DNA from: Candidatus Zhuqueibacterota bacterium
Lineage (GTDB): Bacteria; Zhuqueibacterota; QNDG01; JABMRT01
Length of the DNA stretch: 64,000 nt
Direction of reading: 5' to 3'
NCBI GenBank assembly: GCA_013202295.1
Contig: JABMRT010000292.1
Coordinates: 12,486-76,485, forward strand
The translations under genes were made by a program, and so were the position numbers. Positions 1 to 9,186 of this stretch are shown piece by piece (positions within the stretch are counted from its first letter, which is position 1; the number at the start of each line of letters is the position of its first letter). The notes below the pieces were generated by a model, which saw only the letters and a list, made by a program, of their open reading frames with translations, did no database searches and was not told where the DNA came from.

Positions 1-1150
1 GATCACCGGCTTTAACGGCTTCAATCGATGCATTCAACGCAAGGATATTCACCTGTTCCGCTATATCCGAAATCACACTGACGATGGTGCCAATCTCAGT
101 AGAATTGTCTTGAAGTAGAACCAGTTCATCCCGGAATTGTTGTTCGCCATCACGGATTATCGTCATGGTTTCTTTCAAGCCAACATTAATTTGTTTGCCC
201 GCATCAGCGTTCTGGCTGTTTTGTTGAGCCTGCTCAATCATTTGCCCGGAATTACGTGAAGCCTCTTTCACATAAGCGGACAGATCCTGAATTGTTCCTA
301 AAATCTCCTTCATCTGCTCAGATTGATTCTCTGTATTGGTCGTCAATTCGCTTGAACTGACAGAGACCTCTTTAAATGCAGTCGCAAGATTTTCAACAAG
401 CGTCTGTACTTTCGCAATAATCTCTCTCAATTTCTCGGCAAAAAGATTGTAATTCTGCGCAATCTCCCCCATTTCGTCCTTTGATTCTGCTTCGAGCCGG
501 AGAGTGAGGTCACCCTCACCTTCTGAAATATTATGAAACAGGGCGATGAGGCGGCCAAACCGTTTTTGAGTTCGTAAGCTGAAAAGAAAACCGATGACAG
601 CGGTAAATAAAACAGCCAGAACAGATCCTAAGAGGAACATGTTTATCACACCCTGCTTTTCCTGATCAAGTTGATCGGTTCCTGCCTTGATGTAGAGTGT
701 ACCAAGATATTGACCGCTCTCTGAACGTATGGGAGTCATGCAAATAATAAAAGAATTGCCATCTTGCTTAAGGCGATTGATGTGGGCATTGACGGAGTCT
801 CCCTTTTGCAATTCATAATATCCGGTCACGGACAGTTCACTTATGGATTTATCCCGATATTCTGGGTTCAATGAATAATAGACTTTGCCATCAGCGCCGA
901 CAAGGAGGGCATCAGTGATGTCTTTACCCACAAACTGTTTCATAGTTTCAGCATCATTCACAGATCGATACCGAAGCGCAGCTTCCAGCATCAATCGGCC
1001 GGGTACCTTAATTTGCTGTACGAATCGCTCTTCGATTTTCTGACTGAAATAGTGCGTATTTGTGTATCCGAGAATGCCAAGAACCATGATTTCAATGAGG
1101 ATAATAATGGCAACAGTGCGGATAATGAGACTATCCAGAATATGGCGCAT
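1..1150 (-). CDS. Methyl-accepting chemotaxis protein, 5' part (runs off the left edge)
   Basis: Manual translation from ATG at 1150 (aaggaa upstream): MRHILDSLIIRTVAIIILIEIMVLGILG (TM1), a periplasmic region, TM2, HAMP (GEGDLTLRLEAESKDEMGEIA), then the signalling hairpin IGTIVSVISDIAEQVNILALNASIEAVKAG. Absent from the ORF track because it is open at the edge. Confidence 0.92.
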   Translation of the reverse strand, partial: MRHILDSLIIRTVAIIILIEIMVLGILGYTNTHYFSQKIEERFVQQIKVPGRLMLEAALRYRSVNDAETMKQFVGKDITDALLVGADGKVYYSLNPEYRDKSISELSVTGYYELQKGDSVNAHINRLKQDGNSFIICMTPIRSESGQYLGTLYIKAGTDQLDQEKQGVINMFLLGSVLAVLFTAVIGFLFSLRTQKRFGRLIALFHNISEGEGDLTLRLEAESKDEMGEIAQNYNLFAEKLREIIAKVQTLVENLATAFKEVSVSSSELTTNTENQSEQMKEILGTIQDLSAYVKEASRNSGQMIEQAQQNSQNADAGKQINVGLKETMTIIRDGEQQFRDELVLLQDNSTEIGTIVSVISDIAEQVNILALNASIEAVKAGD

Positions 1151-1794
1151 GATGAATTTCCTTTACGATACTGTGTTGCTGTCTCTATTAAGTCTGCTTT
1201 TTGCAGTCAATATCAAACTCAGGACAACATGCTTGCGCTGTGTTCCCTTCTGGTAAACTTGCGAAAACCAGATATGTTTCATGCTAAAAATAGAGACTGG
1301 CAAAATCTCTGCCAACCTTCTCTTTAATACACTCTGATTTTAATCATAAAATGAGAACAGAACAAGGATTAAAACTGCGGAAAACATTGTTTGACAACCC
1401 TAGGTTGTTGAATTTATTTATCTTCGCTTAATTTTGTATAAATTCTTCATGCCGCCTGAATAAAATTCCAAACTTATAAACAATAACCAATGAAGGATTA
1501 TATAAAAGATACAACCATTCACATCTGAAACCATATGAGTTCAAAATTAAACCATAACTGAGTCCAATGAGGAATATTCTACCAGGACTTGCATTATGCA
1601 ATCATATCAGTCACTTTCCAAATCTTACATCTAATGACTTGATACGAACTACCTGCACCCAAATTAACCCAGATCGGACAGATTTCATTTTCCGATTATG
1701 ACATTATTTTACTTGATTACTGCCTGCCCATCCCTTATGTTGTACAGTTATGCAGAACACCTGCTTGGATAGAAAATTTATCGGAGGATTCATC

Positions 1795-3759
1795 ATGCAC
1801 CGTCTGTTACATAGCTTTTTTAAAACCTGCCCGAAAACAGGTCGAATTACAGGAGTACAAACCAATGTATCCCGCTGGTATTTCCCGATTCTCGGCGTAG
1901 CCGCTTTTGTGTGGCTCTTAATTCGTGTCATTCCCAAACCCAGCCGGGTTGGCTATCCCTGTATCAAGATTGCAGCACCGATTGCATTCTCCTTCGCCCT
2001 CTATATCACAGGCCTATTCACATCCGCGCTATTCTATAGAAAAGCAAGAAAATATTTAACACAATCACGGCATCTAATGGCATCGCTCGCATCATTGACT
2101 GCAATTTTCCTGTTCGCATTCTCAATTATGCAGGATTCAAAACCCGCGAATGCCATCCCCAATTTTACTTTGGAACCCCCGAACACGCCCATGGGTGAAG
2201 GCGTGGGCATTTATCCCGGCCGCGTAGCATGGGTGCATAATGCGGATGCCACGGATGAGAACTGCCAGAATCGCACAAATGATTACTGGTCCGATGAGGA
2301 CAATACCGATCAAGCCGTGGTGAATCAGATGGTCTCCGACGGGCTGCAAGCCATGACAGGCGAAGCAACGGATGCAGCTGCATGGGATGCAATTTTCCGC
2401 TACCACAATGCCAACCATGGCAAAGGCGATGTTGGTTATACCTCTGGAGAAACATTCGCTATTAAAATCAATTTAAATGGTCTCGGTAACGTATGGGGCA
2501 CTACACCCCCCCAAAACATAAATACATCACCGCAGCTTTGCCATGCCATATTAGATCAATTGGTCAATGTCGCCGATGTTGCACAAGGAGACATCTACAT
2601 TGGCGACACAAATTTCGACATGGACAATACAACCTATAACAAATGCAATGGAAGTTTTCCCGATGTGAACTACTATGGTGGTAATACCGGCAGAACAGAC
2701 GTGGTTCGCTCTTCTTCAAAAGTATTTGTCGCAAGTGACGGCTCTACAGAAGATTATTTACCCCAATCCTATGTGGATGCAGCCTATCTGATCAACATGC
2801 CTGTTTTAAAGAAACATCACCGATCCGGAATTACATTGGGCAGTAAAAACCATTTCGGTTCCATCGCAGCATTCACATCTGGCGCCTGGCATCTGCACCC
2901 CTCTTTGATCAGCCCGGATGCGACCGGACAGCCCGATAATGGGGAATACGGTGCCTATCGGGGTATGGTGGATATCATGGGTCACGAGCACTTGGGTGGA
3001 AAGACCATTCTCCATCTCGTGGACGGTATCTGGGGTTCTCCCAATTGGGGCCACCCGCCTGTAAAATACCGCATGACGCCCTTTAATGATGACTGGCCGA
3101 ATTCACTCTTTTTTTCCCAGGACCCGGTGGCCATTGCATCGGTCTGCTTTGATTTCCTGTATGAGGAATATGATGAAGACCATCCCACGGAAGGCAGCCC
3201 CGCTACAGGCAACAAAGGCCCCTTCCCACGCTGGCCAGGTGTAGATGATTATCTCCACCAGGCAGCAGATCCGGCAAACTGGCCGGATGATACCCAGTAT
3301 GATCCGGAGGATGACGGAACCCTGCTCACCGGCATGGGAGCCCATGAGCATTGGAACAATGCCGCCAATAAACAATATACGCAGAATCTGGGTGGAGATA
3401 CCGGGATTGAACTGGTCACCATCTCCGGATCTTCGGCAGTGAATCCAGATCAAATTCGAGAACTTCCGGCTGGATTCGTATTAAGTCAGAACTATCCCAA
3501 TCCATTTAATCCTTCGACCGAGATTCAATATCAGCTTCAGGAAAGCTCTTACCTTGAAATTGGCGTATACCAGGTCAATGGACAGCTGGTTCGCAATCTT
3601 TTTAAGGGATATCAAGATGCTGGAACTCACACCCGGCAGTGGAATGGCCGCTCGGAGAGCGGACTTCCCGTTTCTTCGGGTGTCTATGTGTACCGCATTA
3701 TTGCGCGTCACAACGGCGGTGTGTTTCAGCAATCAAATAAGATGGTACTCAGCAGATAA
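1795..3759 (+). CDS. DUF362-domain protein with a C-terminal T9SS-type/FlgD-Ig sorting domain
   Basis: ORF 1750-3759; likely start ATG 1795 after GGAGG. DUF362 motif LINMPVLKKHH..GITLGSKNHFG; C-terminal LSQNYPNPFNPSTEIQY...WNGRSESGLPVSSGVYVYRI. Confidence 0.8.
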   Translation: MHRLLHSFFKTCPKTGRITGVQTNVSRWYFPILGVAAFVWLLIRVIPKPSRVGYPCIKIAAPIAFSFALYITGLFTSALFYRKARKYLTQSRHLMASLASLTAIFLFAFSIMQDSKPANAIPNFTLEPPNTPMGEGVGIYPGRVAWVHNADATDENCQNRTNDYWSDEDNTDQAVVNQMVSDGLQAMTGEATDAAAWDAIFRYHNANHGKGDVGYTSGETFAIKINLNGLGNVWGTTPPQNINTSPQLCHAILDQLVNVADVAQGDIYIGDTNFDMDNTTYNKCNGSFPDVNYYGGNTGRTDVVRSSSKVFVASDGSTEDYLPQSYVDAAYLINMPVLKKHHRSGITLGSKNHFGSIAAFTSGAWHLHPSLISPDATGQPDNGEYGAYRGMVDIMGHEHLGGKTILHLVDGIWGSPNWGHPPVKYRMTPFNDDWPNSLFFSQDPVAIASVCFDFLYEEYDEDHPTEGSPATGNKGPFPRWPGVDDYLHQAADPANWPDDTQYDPEDDGTLLTGMGAHEHWNNAANKQYTQNLGGDTGIELVTISGSSAVNPDQIRELPAGFVLSQNYPNPFNPSTEIQYQLQESSYLEIGVYQVNGQLVRNLFKGYQDAGTHTRQWNGRSESGLPVSSGVYVYRIIARHNGGVFQQSNKMVLSR

Positions 3760-3770
3760 GTGCAGGGATA

Positions 3771-4466
3771 ATGATGTATAAAAAAATCCTATACCTGTTA
3801 CTGTTTACATTGATCATTGGAACAGGGTGTATTCGGCAGACGACTGAGCCGGATCCGCCCCCATCCCATGGCGCACTTCAGGGCACCGTTACATCAGACG
3901 GCAATGTGGTACACCCTTCCTACATTTTTATGGGCGACAGTCTGATTGCTGAATCCGGTCTGGACGGCGCATATCAGATCGATGCATTAACATCGGGAAC
4001 GATTCAGATCACATGTTCTGCGCTCTCTTTTGCGGATACCACAGTGGGAGTTACAATCCAGGGTGATGAAACCACATTACTGGATTTCGATTTAACACCC
4101 GATTCCACAAAGGGCTTTCTGATCGGTGAATTTCAGGACGACAGCCTGTTTCAGCAGCGTCTGCTGGAGGATCCTTCTCTTACGGATTGGACCGATAAAG
4201 AGATATGCGATGCCTTTACCGGCGCAACAATTCAGTACAAGACACTGAAACCGTTTATCCCCTATAGCTATGTCTATCTCGGTGATGATTCTCTCATACG
4301 GGCGGATAATTGGGGACAGTACGCAATCCAGATTCAATGCGGGACCTACCCCTTTACTGCCATATGTAATGAATATCAAACTGTGACAGGAGTTGTACGA
4401 GTAGTCCCTGAGGGACATCCTGATGGACGCGCTTATCTTAATTTTTTCCTTCCTCGGGACAATTAA
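3771..4466 (+). CDS. Lipoprotein with a carboxypeptidase-regulatory-like (transthyretin-fold) domain
   Basis: Lipobox IGTGC; GALQGTVT...DGAYQIDALTSGTIQITCSALSF pattern. Confidence 0.6.
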   Translation: MMYKKILYLLLFTLIIGTGCIRQTTEPDPPPSHGALQGTVTSDGNVVHPSYIFMGDSLIAESGLDGAYQIDALTSGTIQITCSALSFADTTVGVTIQGDETTLLDFDLTPDSTKGFLIGEFQDDSLFQQRLLEDPSLTDWTDKEICDAFTGATIQYKTLKPFIPYSYVYLGDDSLIRADNWGQYAIQIQCGTYPFTAICNEYQTVTGVVRVVPEGHPDGRAYLNFFLPRDN

Positions 4467-4503
4467 GGGATAATTCATTTTTCAGAATGATGGAGAAATC
4501 ATC

Positions 4504-5628
4504 ATGGGTACATCGAAAATCAATCGACGCACATTTCTTCAGGCCGGTACGATGGTAGCGGTTGCGGCTGGTGTCCCGTTGCATGCCAGTCAGGACTCGA
4601 CACCTGACCCAAAGAAAATTCTGAATTATACCGAAGGCATGCCTTATCGCGCTCTTGGAAAAACTGGCATTCACTTTTCTGCCATCAGCCTGGGCGGTTC
4701 CGGTCTGCAAGCTGATCTTGCCGGATACGCCATTGAAAAGGGTGTGAACCTCATACACATGTCACCAACTTACAAAGGTGGTGATTCTATTCGAGAACTT
4801 GCGAAGGTTCTTAAAACCAGTCGGAGCAAAGTTTACATTGCACTTAAAGATCAATTTAACGATATCGATGAACCATTAAAAATAATGGGAACGGATCATG
4901 TGGATTTCATCATGTTCAATCGGCACAACGCCTCTGCGGTAGCAACGGATGAAATCAAAGAGAAGTTCGCGAAATGGAAGGCGGCGGGAAAAGTCCGCTA
5001 CGCCGGATTGACCACGCATGATGATGTGAAGAATTGTGTGCGTGCGGGGATAGACAGCGGCATATACACCCTGATGATGCCTGTGCTGAATCAGCCAGCC
5101 TATGAATCCATGCAGGATGAAATCCGGGACGCACAAGCCAAGGGCATCGGATTCATGGGAATAAAAACCATGAAGGACATCCCGGATGAGGCCATGCAGA
5201 ATGCGCATGTGGCCAAACTGATGAAGAATCCGGGTGTGACCACAATCTGCAAGGGCATGCAGAATTATGAGCAGATGGACAAGTACATCGCGGCTGTGAA
5301 AGAAGTACTCACCGGTTCGAAGGAACTTGAATTATATCGCTATGCGAATGCAAATCGGGAGAATGCATGCATGATGTGCTCGGAATGCAAGCGTGCTTGT
5401 CCGCAAGGCATTGAAGTCTCGACCCTGCTGCGCTCGAAATTTTATTACGCAGATCAATTGGGAGACCAGAAGGAAGCCATTGAGACTTTTAGGAATATTC
5501 CTGAGGACAAACGCGATCTCTCTGCATGTAATGATTGCGGTCTATGTGAACAAGCCTGCCCGAACGGCATCCAGATCGTCAGTCGCTTGCGTGAAGCTGT
5601 GGACAGTCTCGAGAACCGGATCGTATAA
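4504..5628 (+). CDS. Aldo/keto reductase with a C-terminal 4Fe-4S dicluster, Tat-exported
   Basis: RRTFLQ twin-arginine signal; MPYRALGKTG..SAISLG AKR start; CMMCSECKRACP and CNDCGLCEQACP motifs. Confidence 0.88.
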   Translation: MGTSKINRRTFLQAGTMVAVAAGVPLHASQDSTPDPKKILNYTEGMPYRALGKTGIHFSAISLGGSGLQADLAGYAIEKGVNLIHMSPTYKGGDSIRELAKVLKTSRSKVYIALKDQFNDIDEPLKIMGTDHVDFIMFNRHNASAVATDEIKEKFAKWKAAGKVRYAGLTTHDDVKNCVRAGIDSGIYTLMMPVLNQPAYESMQDEIRDAQAKGIGFMGIKTMKDIPDEAMQNAHVAKLMKNPGVTTICKGMQNYEQMDKYIAAVKEVLTGSKELELYRYANANRENACMMCSECKRACPQGIEVSTLLRSKFYYADQLGDQKEAIETFRNIPEDKRDLSACNDCGLCEQACPNGIQIVSRLREAVDSLENRIV

Positions 5629-5650
5629 ATTATCATTTTATTCGGATCTT

Positions 5651-5687
5651 AATCCCGTTCTGGCATAGCTGGAGCGGGATTTTTTTT
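5651..5687 (+). terminator. Intrinsic terminator after the AKR gene
   Basis: AATCCCGTTC...GAGCGGGATT hairpin followed by a T-run. Confidence 0.75.
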
Positions 5688-5816
5688 AATATTTATCTCC
5701 TTGATCCGTCTATTTATCGAGTTATGAATCTAACCCCTCACTCCTAACGTTTTACCATTTCTTATTGCCATTAACCACCTGTTCATGTACATTTATATAA
5801 ACAAACTTGGAATGTT

Positions 5817-6959
5817 ATGACATATACCTATCAAAAAACATCCCACTATTTCGCGCAGGTCGCGGATGACATCAAGGACCTGGCGGAACAGGAATTGATC
5901 GCATTTGGTGCGCAAGAAATAAGGCCGGCCTATCGTGGTCTATATTTTTTGGCGGACAAGAAAGCCCTCTACACCATTAACTTTCATTCACGGTTAATCA
6001 ATCGCGTTCTTGCCCCCCTAATCACCTTTGACTGTCACTCGGATAATTATCTGTATCAAACCGCGTTAAAATTGTCGTGGGAAGATTTTTTTAATCCATC
6101 ACAGACATTCGCGATATTCGCGTCAGTATCACACAGCAAGATCACGCATTCAAAATTCGCCGCACTCAGACTCAAAGATGCCATTGCGGATGCTTTTAAG
6201 GACCGCGACGGCAAGCGTCCCTCAGTAGACACGCAGGATCCCGATGTATGGTTCAACCTGCATATCGATAACAACAGAGCCACCATCAGTCTCGATACCT
6301 CCGGTGGATCTTTGCACAAACGCGGCTATCGCAAACACAGCGTTGAAGCGCCTATGATTGAGACATTGGCCGCAAGTGTAATTCAATTATTGGAGTGGGA
6401 CAAGACGACTCCATTGGTTGATCCCTTCTGTGGATCCGGGACATTGCTCTGTGAAGCTTATATGGTCGCGTCAAACATGCCGGCAGGCGCGCTCCGTAAA
6501 AAATTCGGATTTCAAAAACTCCCTGATTATGATGCGCTCGTTTGGAAAAAGGTAAAGGATGAAGGATTAAAAAAATTCGTTCCCATCCCATCTGGATTAA
6601 TTTCAGGCAGCGATATTTTAAGAGATGCGGTGACTGCTGCGAAATCCAATTGCACGAATTTAAATCCAGACCACACCATGTTGATCAATAAAGGGGATAT
6701 CTTCAAAATCAATTCACTCGAAAACAAGATTATCGTTTGCAATCCACCCTATGGCATCAGAATGAAAGCGAATGAAGATCTATCCGATTTTTATAAGAAT
6801 CTGGGAGATTTTCTGAAACAAAAATGCAACGGATCCGTGGCCTTTATTTACTTTGGCGAACGTGCATATATCAAGAAAATTGGATTGAAACCTGCCTTTA
6901 AACGACCGCTCCAGAATGGCGGTCTAGACGGACGACTCGTCAAATATGAACTGTATTAA
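5817..6959 (+). CDS. THUMP-domain class I SAM-dependent RNA methyltransferase (RlmL/YpsC-like)
   Basis: SLDTSGGSLHKRGYR, APMIETLAA, DPFCGSGT and CNPPYG motifs. Confidence 0.9.
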   Translation: MTYTYQKTSHYFAQVADDIKDLAEQELIAFGAQEIRPAYRGLYFLADKKALYTINFHSRLINRVLAPLITFDCHSDNYLYQTALKLSWEDFFNPSQTFAIFASVSHSKITHSKFAALRLKDAIADAFKDRDGKRPSVDTQDPDVWFNLHIDNNRATISLDTSGGSLHKRGYRKHSVEAPMIETLAASVIQLLEWDKTTPLVDPFCGSGTLLCEAYMVASNMPAGALRKKFGFQKLPDYDALVWKKVKDEGLKKFVPIPSGLISGSDILRDAVTAAKSNCTNLNPDHTMLINKGDIFKINSLENKIIVCNPPYGIRMKANEDLSDFYKNLGDFLKQKCNGSVAFIYFGERAYIKKIGLKPAFKRPLQNGGLDGRLVKYELY

Positions 6960-6975
6960 CCGTAAGGAATCAATC

Positions 6976-8061
6976 ATGCACAAGATCATACTGCTTCTAC
7001 TGATTCCGCTTCTCCTCCTTTCTTGCAGACGTTTGAACAGTACATCCTTCCATGCAGTCGTGGATGCCGGATATATGGGCACAGCGGGTGAAATGATCAG
7101 CGGCAGCGCCAAATATTCCACAATTGGCGAGGCGCTTGCGGTCGTGCCGGAGAACAATAGCAAACCCTTCATTATTCTCATCCGGGAAGGCCACTATTAC
7201 GAAAAGCTGAGTGTCGACAAGCCCAATGTGCACATAATCGGGGAAAACCGGGACAGGACCATCATTACATTTGACACCCATGGAGACACCCCCTCACCCG
7301 ATGGGGGCCGATATGGTACATGGGGAAGCTTCACTCTGCGAATCACTGCAGTCGGATTTTACGCTGAGAATCTGACCATTGAGAACGGATTCGATTATCC
7401 GGCCAATGCGGTAAAGTCAGATGATGATCCCACAAAAGTGCAAAACGCGCAGGCCGTGGCCCTGATGACCGCCGAAGGCAGCGACAAAGCTGTCTTTCGG
7501 AACTGTGTGATTCTCGGATATCAGGACACCCTGTTTGCCAATGCCGGGCGTCAGATATATATCAACTGTCAAATCTATGGACATGTGGATTTTATATTCG
7601 GCGCGGGTCAGGCCGTGTTCGACCAATGCGATATCATATCACGCAACCGTAAAAATAAGAGTACGACCGGATATATCACCGCCCCGAGTACACCCATTGA
7701 TTATCCGTATGGATTTCTTTTTGTGGATTGCCGCCTTCTGAGAGAGACGCTTGATCTTCCTGCGGGAAATGTGCGACTCGGCCGACCCTGGCATCCCAGC
7801 GGCAATCTGCGTGTTTCTGGGAGCGCCGTGTTCATGAATTGTGAGATGGATGATCATATCAGCCCTGAAGGCTATGCACGTATCTCGTCCCGGAATTCTG
7901 AAGGGGATCGGATCTGGTTTGACATTGAACCGGATTCCCGATTTTTCGAATTTCACAATACCGGTCCCGGCGCCTTCGACAGTTCCAATCGGCCCAAACT
8001 GGATGAAAATGCAGCGGTCTGGTATATGGCCACCAATGTGCTGAATGGCTGGAATCCATAA
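6976..8061 (+). CDS. Pectinesterase (CE8), predicted lipoprotein
   Basis: QAVAL, GYQDTL, GHVDFIFG and LGRPW motifs; lipobox LLLSC; start ATG 6976 after AAGGA. Confidence 0.92.
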   Translation: MHKIILLLLIPLLLLSCRRLNSTSFHAVVDAGYMGTAGEMISGSAKYSTIGEALAVVPENNSKPFIILIREGHYYEKLSVDKPNVHIIGENRDRTIITFDTHGDTPSPDGGRYGTWGSFTLRITAVGFYAENLTIENGFDYPANAVKSDDDPTKVQNAQAVALMTAEGSDKAVFRNCVILGYQDTLFANAGRQIYINCQIYGHVDFIFGAGQAVFDQCDIISRNRKNKSTTGYITAPSTPIDYPYGFLFVDCRLLRETLDLPAGNVRLGRPWHPSGNLRVSGSAVFMNCEMDDHISPEGYARISSRNSEGDRIWFDIEPDSRFFEFHNTGPGAFDSSNRPKLDENAAVWYMATNVLNGWNP

Positions 8062-8125
8062 TCGGGATCATTTTTTCGTTTGAATAGTTTGAAACTTGGT
8101 AATTATCAATCATTGGAGGGATAAA

Positions 8126-9127
8126 ATGAAAACCAAATTGTTCTTAACCTGTGCGCTCATCCTGATTGTGACCGTATCCGGACTCACGTTTGCTGGTGAC
8201 GACAAGCAGGGAGTTTATGAGTATGTCATCCTCTCTGCCGAAGGTGAGTTTGACGCCATCTCGGATTCTCTCGAGACTGCCGCCCTAAGCAAAGGCTGGG
8301 AGGTGTTGACAGTGCATGAATCCGGTGTACCCGAAGGATGTGAATTTCGGGCAGCTGTTCTTGTGTTATATGACTCGGAATATGGCGAACAAATCATGCA
8401 GGCCAATTCCGAAACCGGACCGTTTGCTGTTGTGGATCGTATAAGCCTGTTTCAGGATAAAAATGGAACCCATGTGGCGATTGTCAATCCGAACTCAATC
8501 AACCGCACCGTACTTATGGAAGATGACACCAATCATGATTGGACGGAAACACATCGTTTAAAGCTGCGTGATCTTATAACAGCATCTGTTCAGGGAGAGG
8601 TTTCAGAAAAACAATACGGGCAATTCCGCAACAGGGGATATATTGGACGTACTATGGGTGTGATGGCTGGTGGATCTTTTGATGGAAAGATTAAGGAGAA
8701 GTTGATCCTGAACAACGAGGGTTTTTCAGAGATTGTCCAGAAAGTTAAACTTGCATTGTCACAAACCGGACCGAATAAGGGCATGACCTTGGTATATACG
8801 CTCGAACTTGAGGATCACAACACTGTGGTTTTCGGCACAACTGGTACACCCATGGACAGCAGGTCGTATGAAATCGTCAAAGCCGGATCAGATAAATCCA
8901 GGAAGAAATTCGCATATCCCGGCCTTGCTTATGTGGGTGCCTACCCTATCGAAGTGGTCGTCAGTAAAGTGGACAATGTCATAACAGTGCGGCTTGTAGG
9001 CATTATGTACCGCATGAAAATGTACTTCGAAGATGCTGGTAAAATGGCGTTCATGAAGAATATGGGCATGCCTGGAGATATCGAAGGCGAGCTTGAAAAA
9101 CAGATAAAATCTGCATTCTCTGAATAA
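8126..9127 (+). CDS. Secreted hypothetical protein, possibly two DUF302-like domains
   Basis: Signal peptide after GGAGG; two halves each ending in a ...ISLFQDKNGTHVAIVNP / YPIEVVVSKVDNVITVRLV beta pattern. Confidence 0.5.
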   Translation: MKTKLFLTCALILIVTVSGLTFAGDDKQGVYEYVILSAEGEFDAISDSLETAALSKGWEVLTVHESGVPEGCEFRAAVLVLYDSEYGEQIMQANSETGPFAVVDRISLFQDKNGTHVAIVNPNSINRTVLMEDDTNHDWTETHRLKLRDLITASVQGEVSEKQYGQFRNRGYIGRTMGVMAGGSFDGKIKEKLILNNEGFSEIVQKVKLALSQTGPNKGMTLVYTLELEDHNTVVFGTTGTPMDSRSYEIVKAGSDKSRKKFAYPGLAYVGAYPIEVVVSKVDNVITVRLVGIMYRMKMYFEDAGKMAFMKNMGMPGDIEGELEKQIKSAFSE

Positions 9128-9150
9128 ACAGCTTTTATAAACGTTTTAAG

Positions 9151-9186
9151 ATTCCCGGGGGAGAGATCTTCTCCGGGAATTTTTAT
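9151..9186. terminator. Hairpin between convergent genes, probable bidirectional terminator
   Basis: ATTCCCGG-GGGAGA-GATC-TTCTCC-GGGAAT followed by a T-run. Confidence 0.7.

Noticed and set aside
1160-1320. Possible c-di-GMP riboswitch upstream of the MCP
   Set aside because: Some hairpins and GGTAAACT..GAAA-like words are present, but the ordered GEMM consensus is not on the coding strand. An Infernal search would be needed.
1013-1327. Plus-strand ORFs of 104 and 64 aa
   Set aside because: They are antisense shadows of the MCP 5' end and its leader, with no RBS or family motif.
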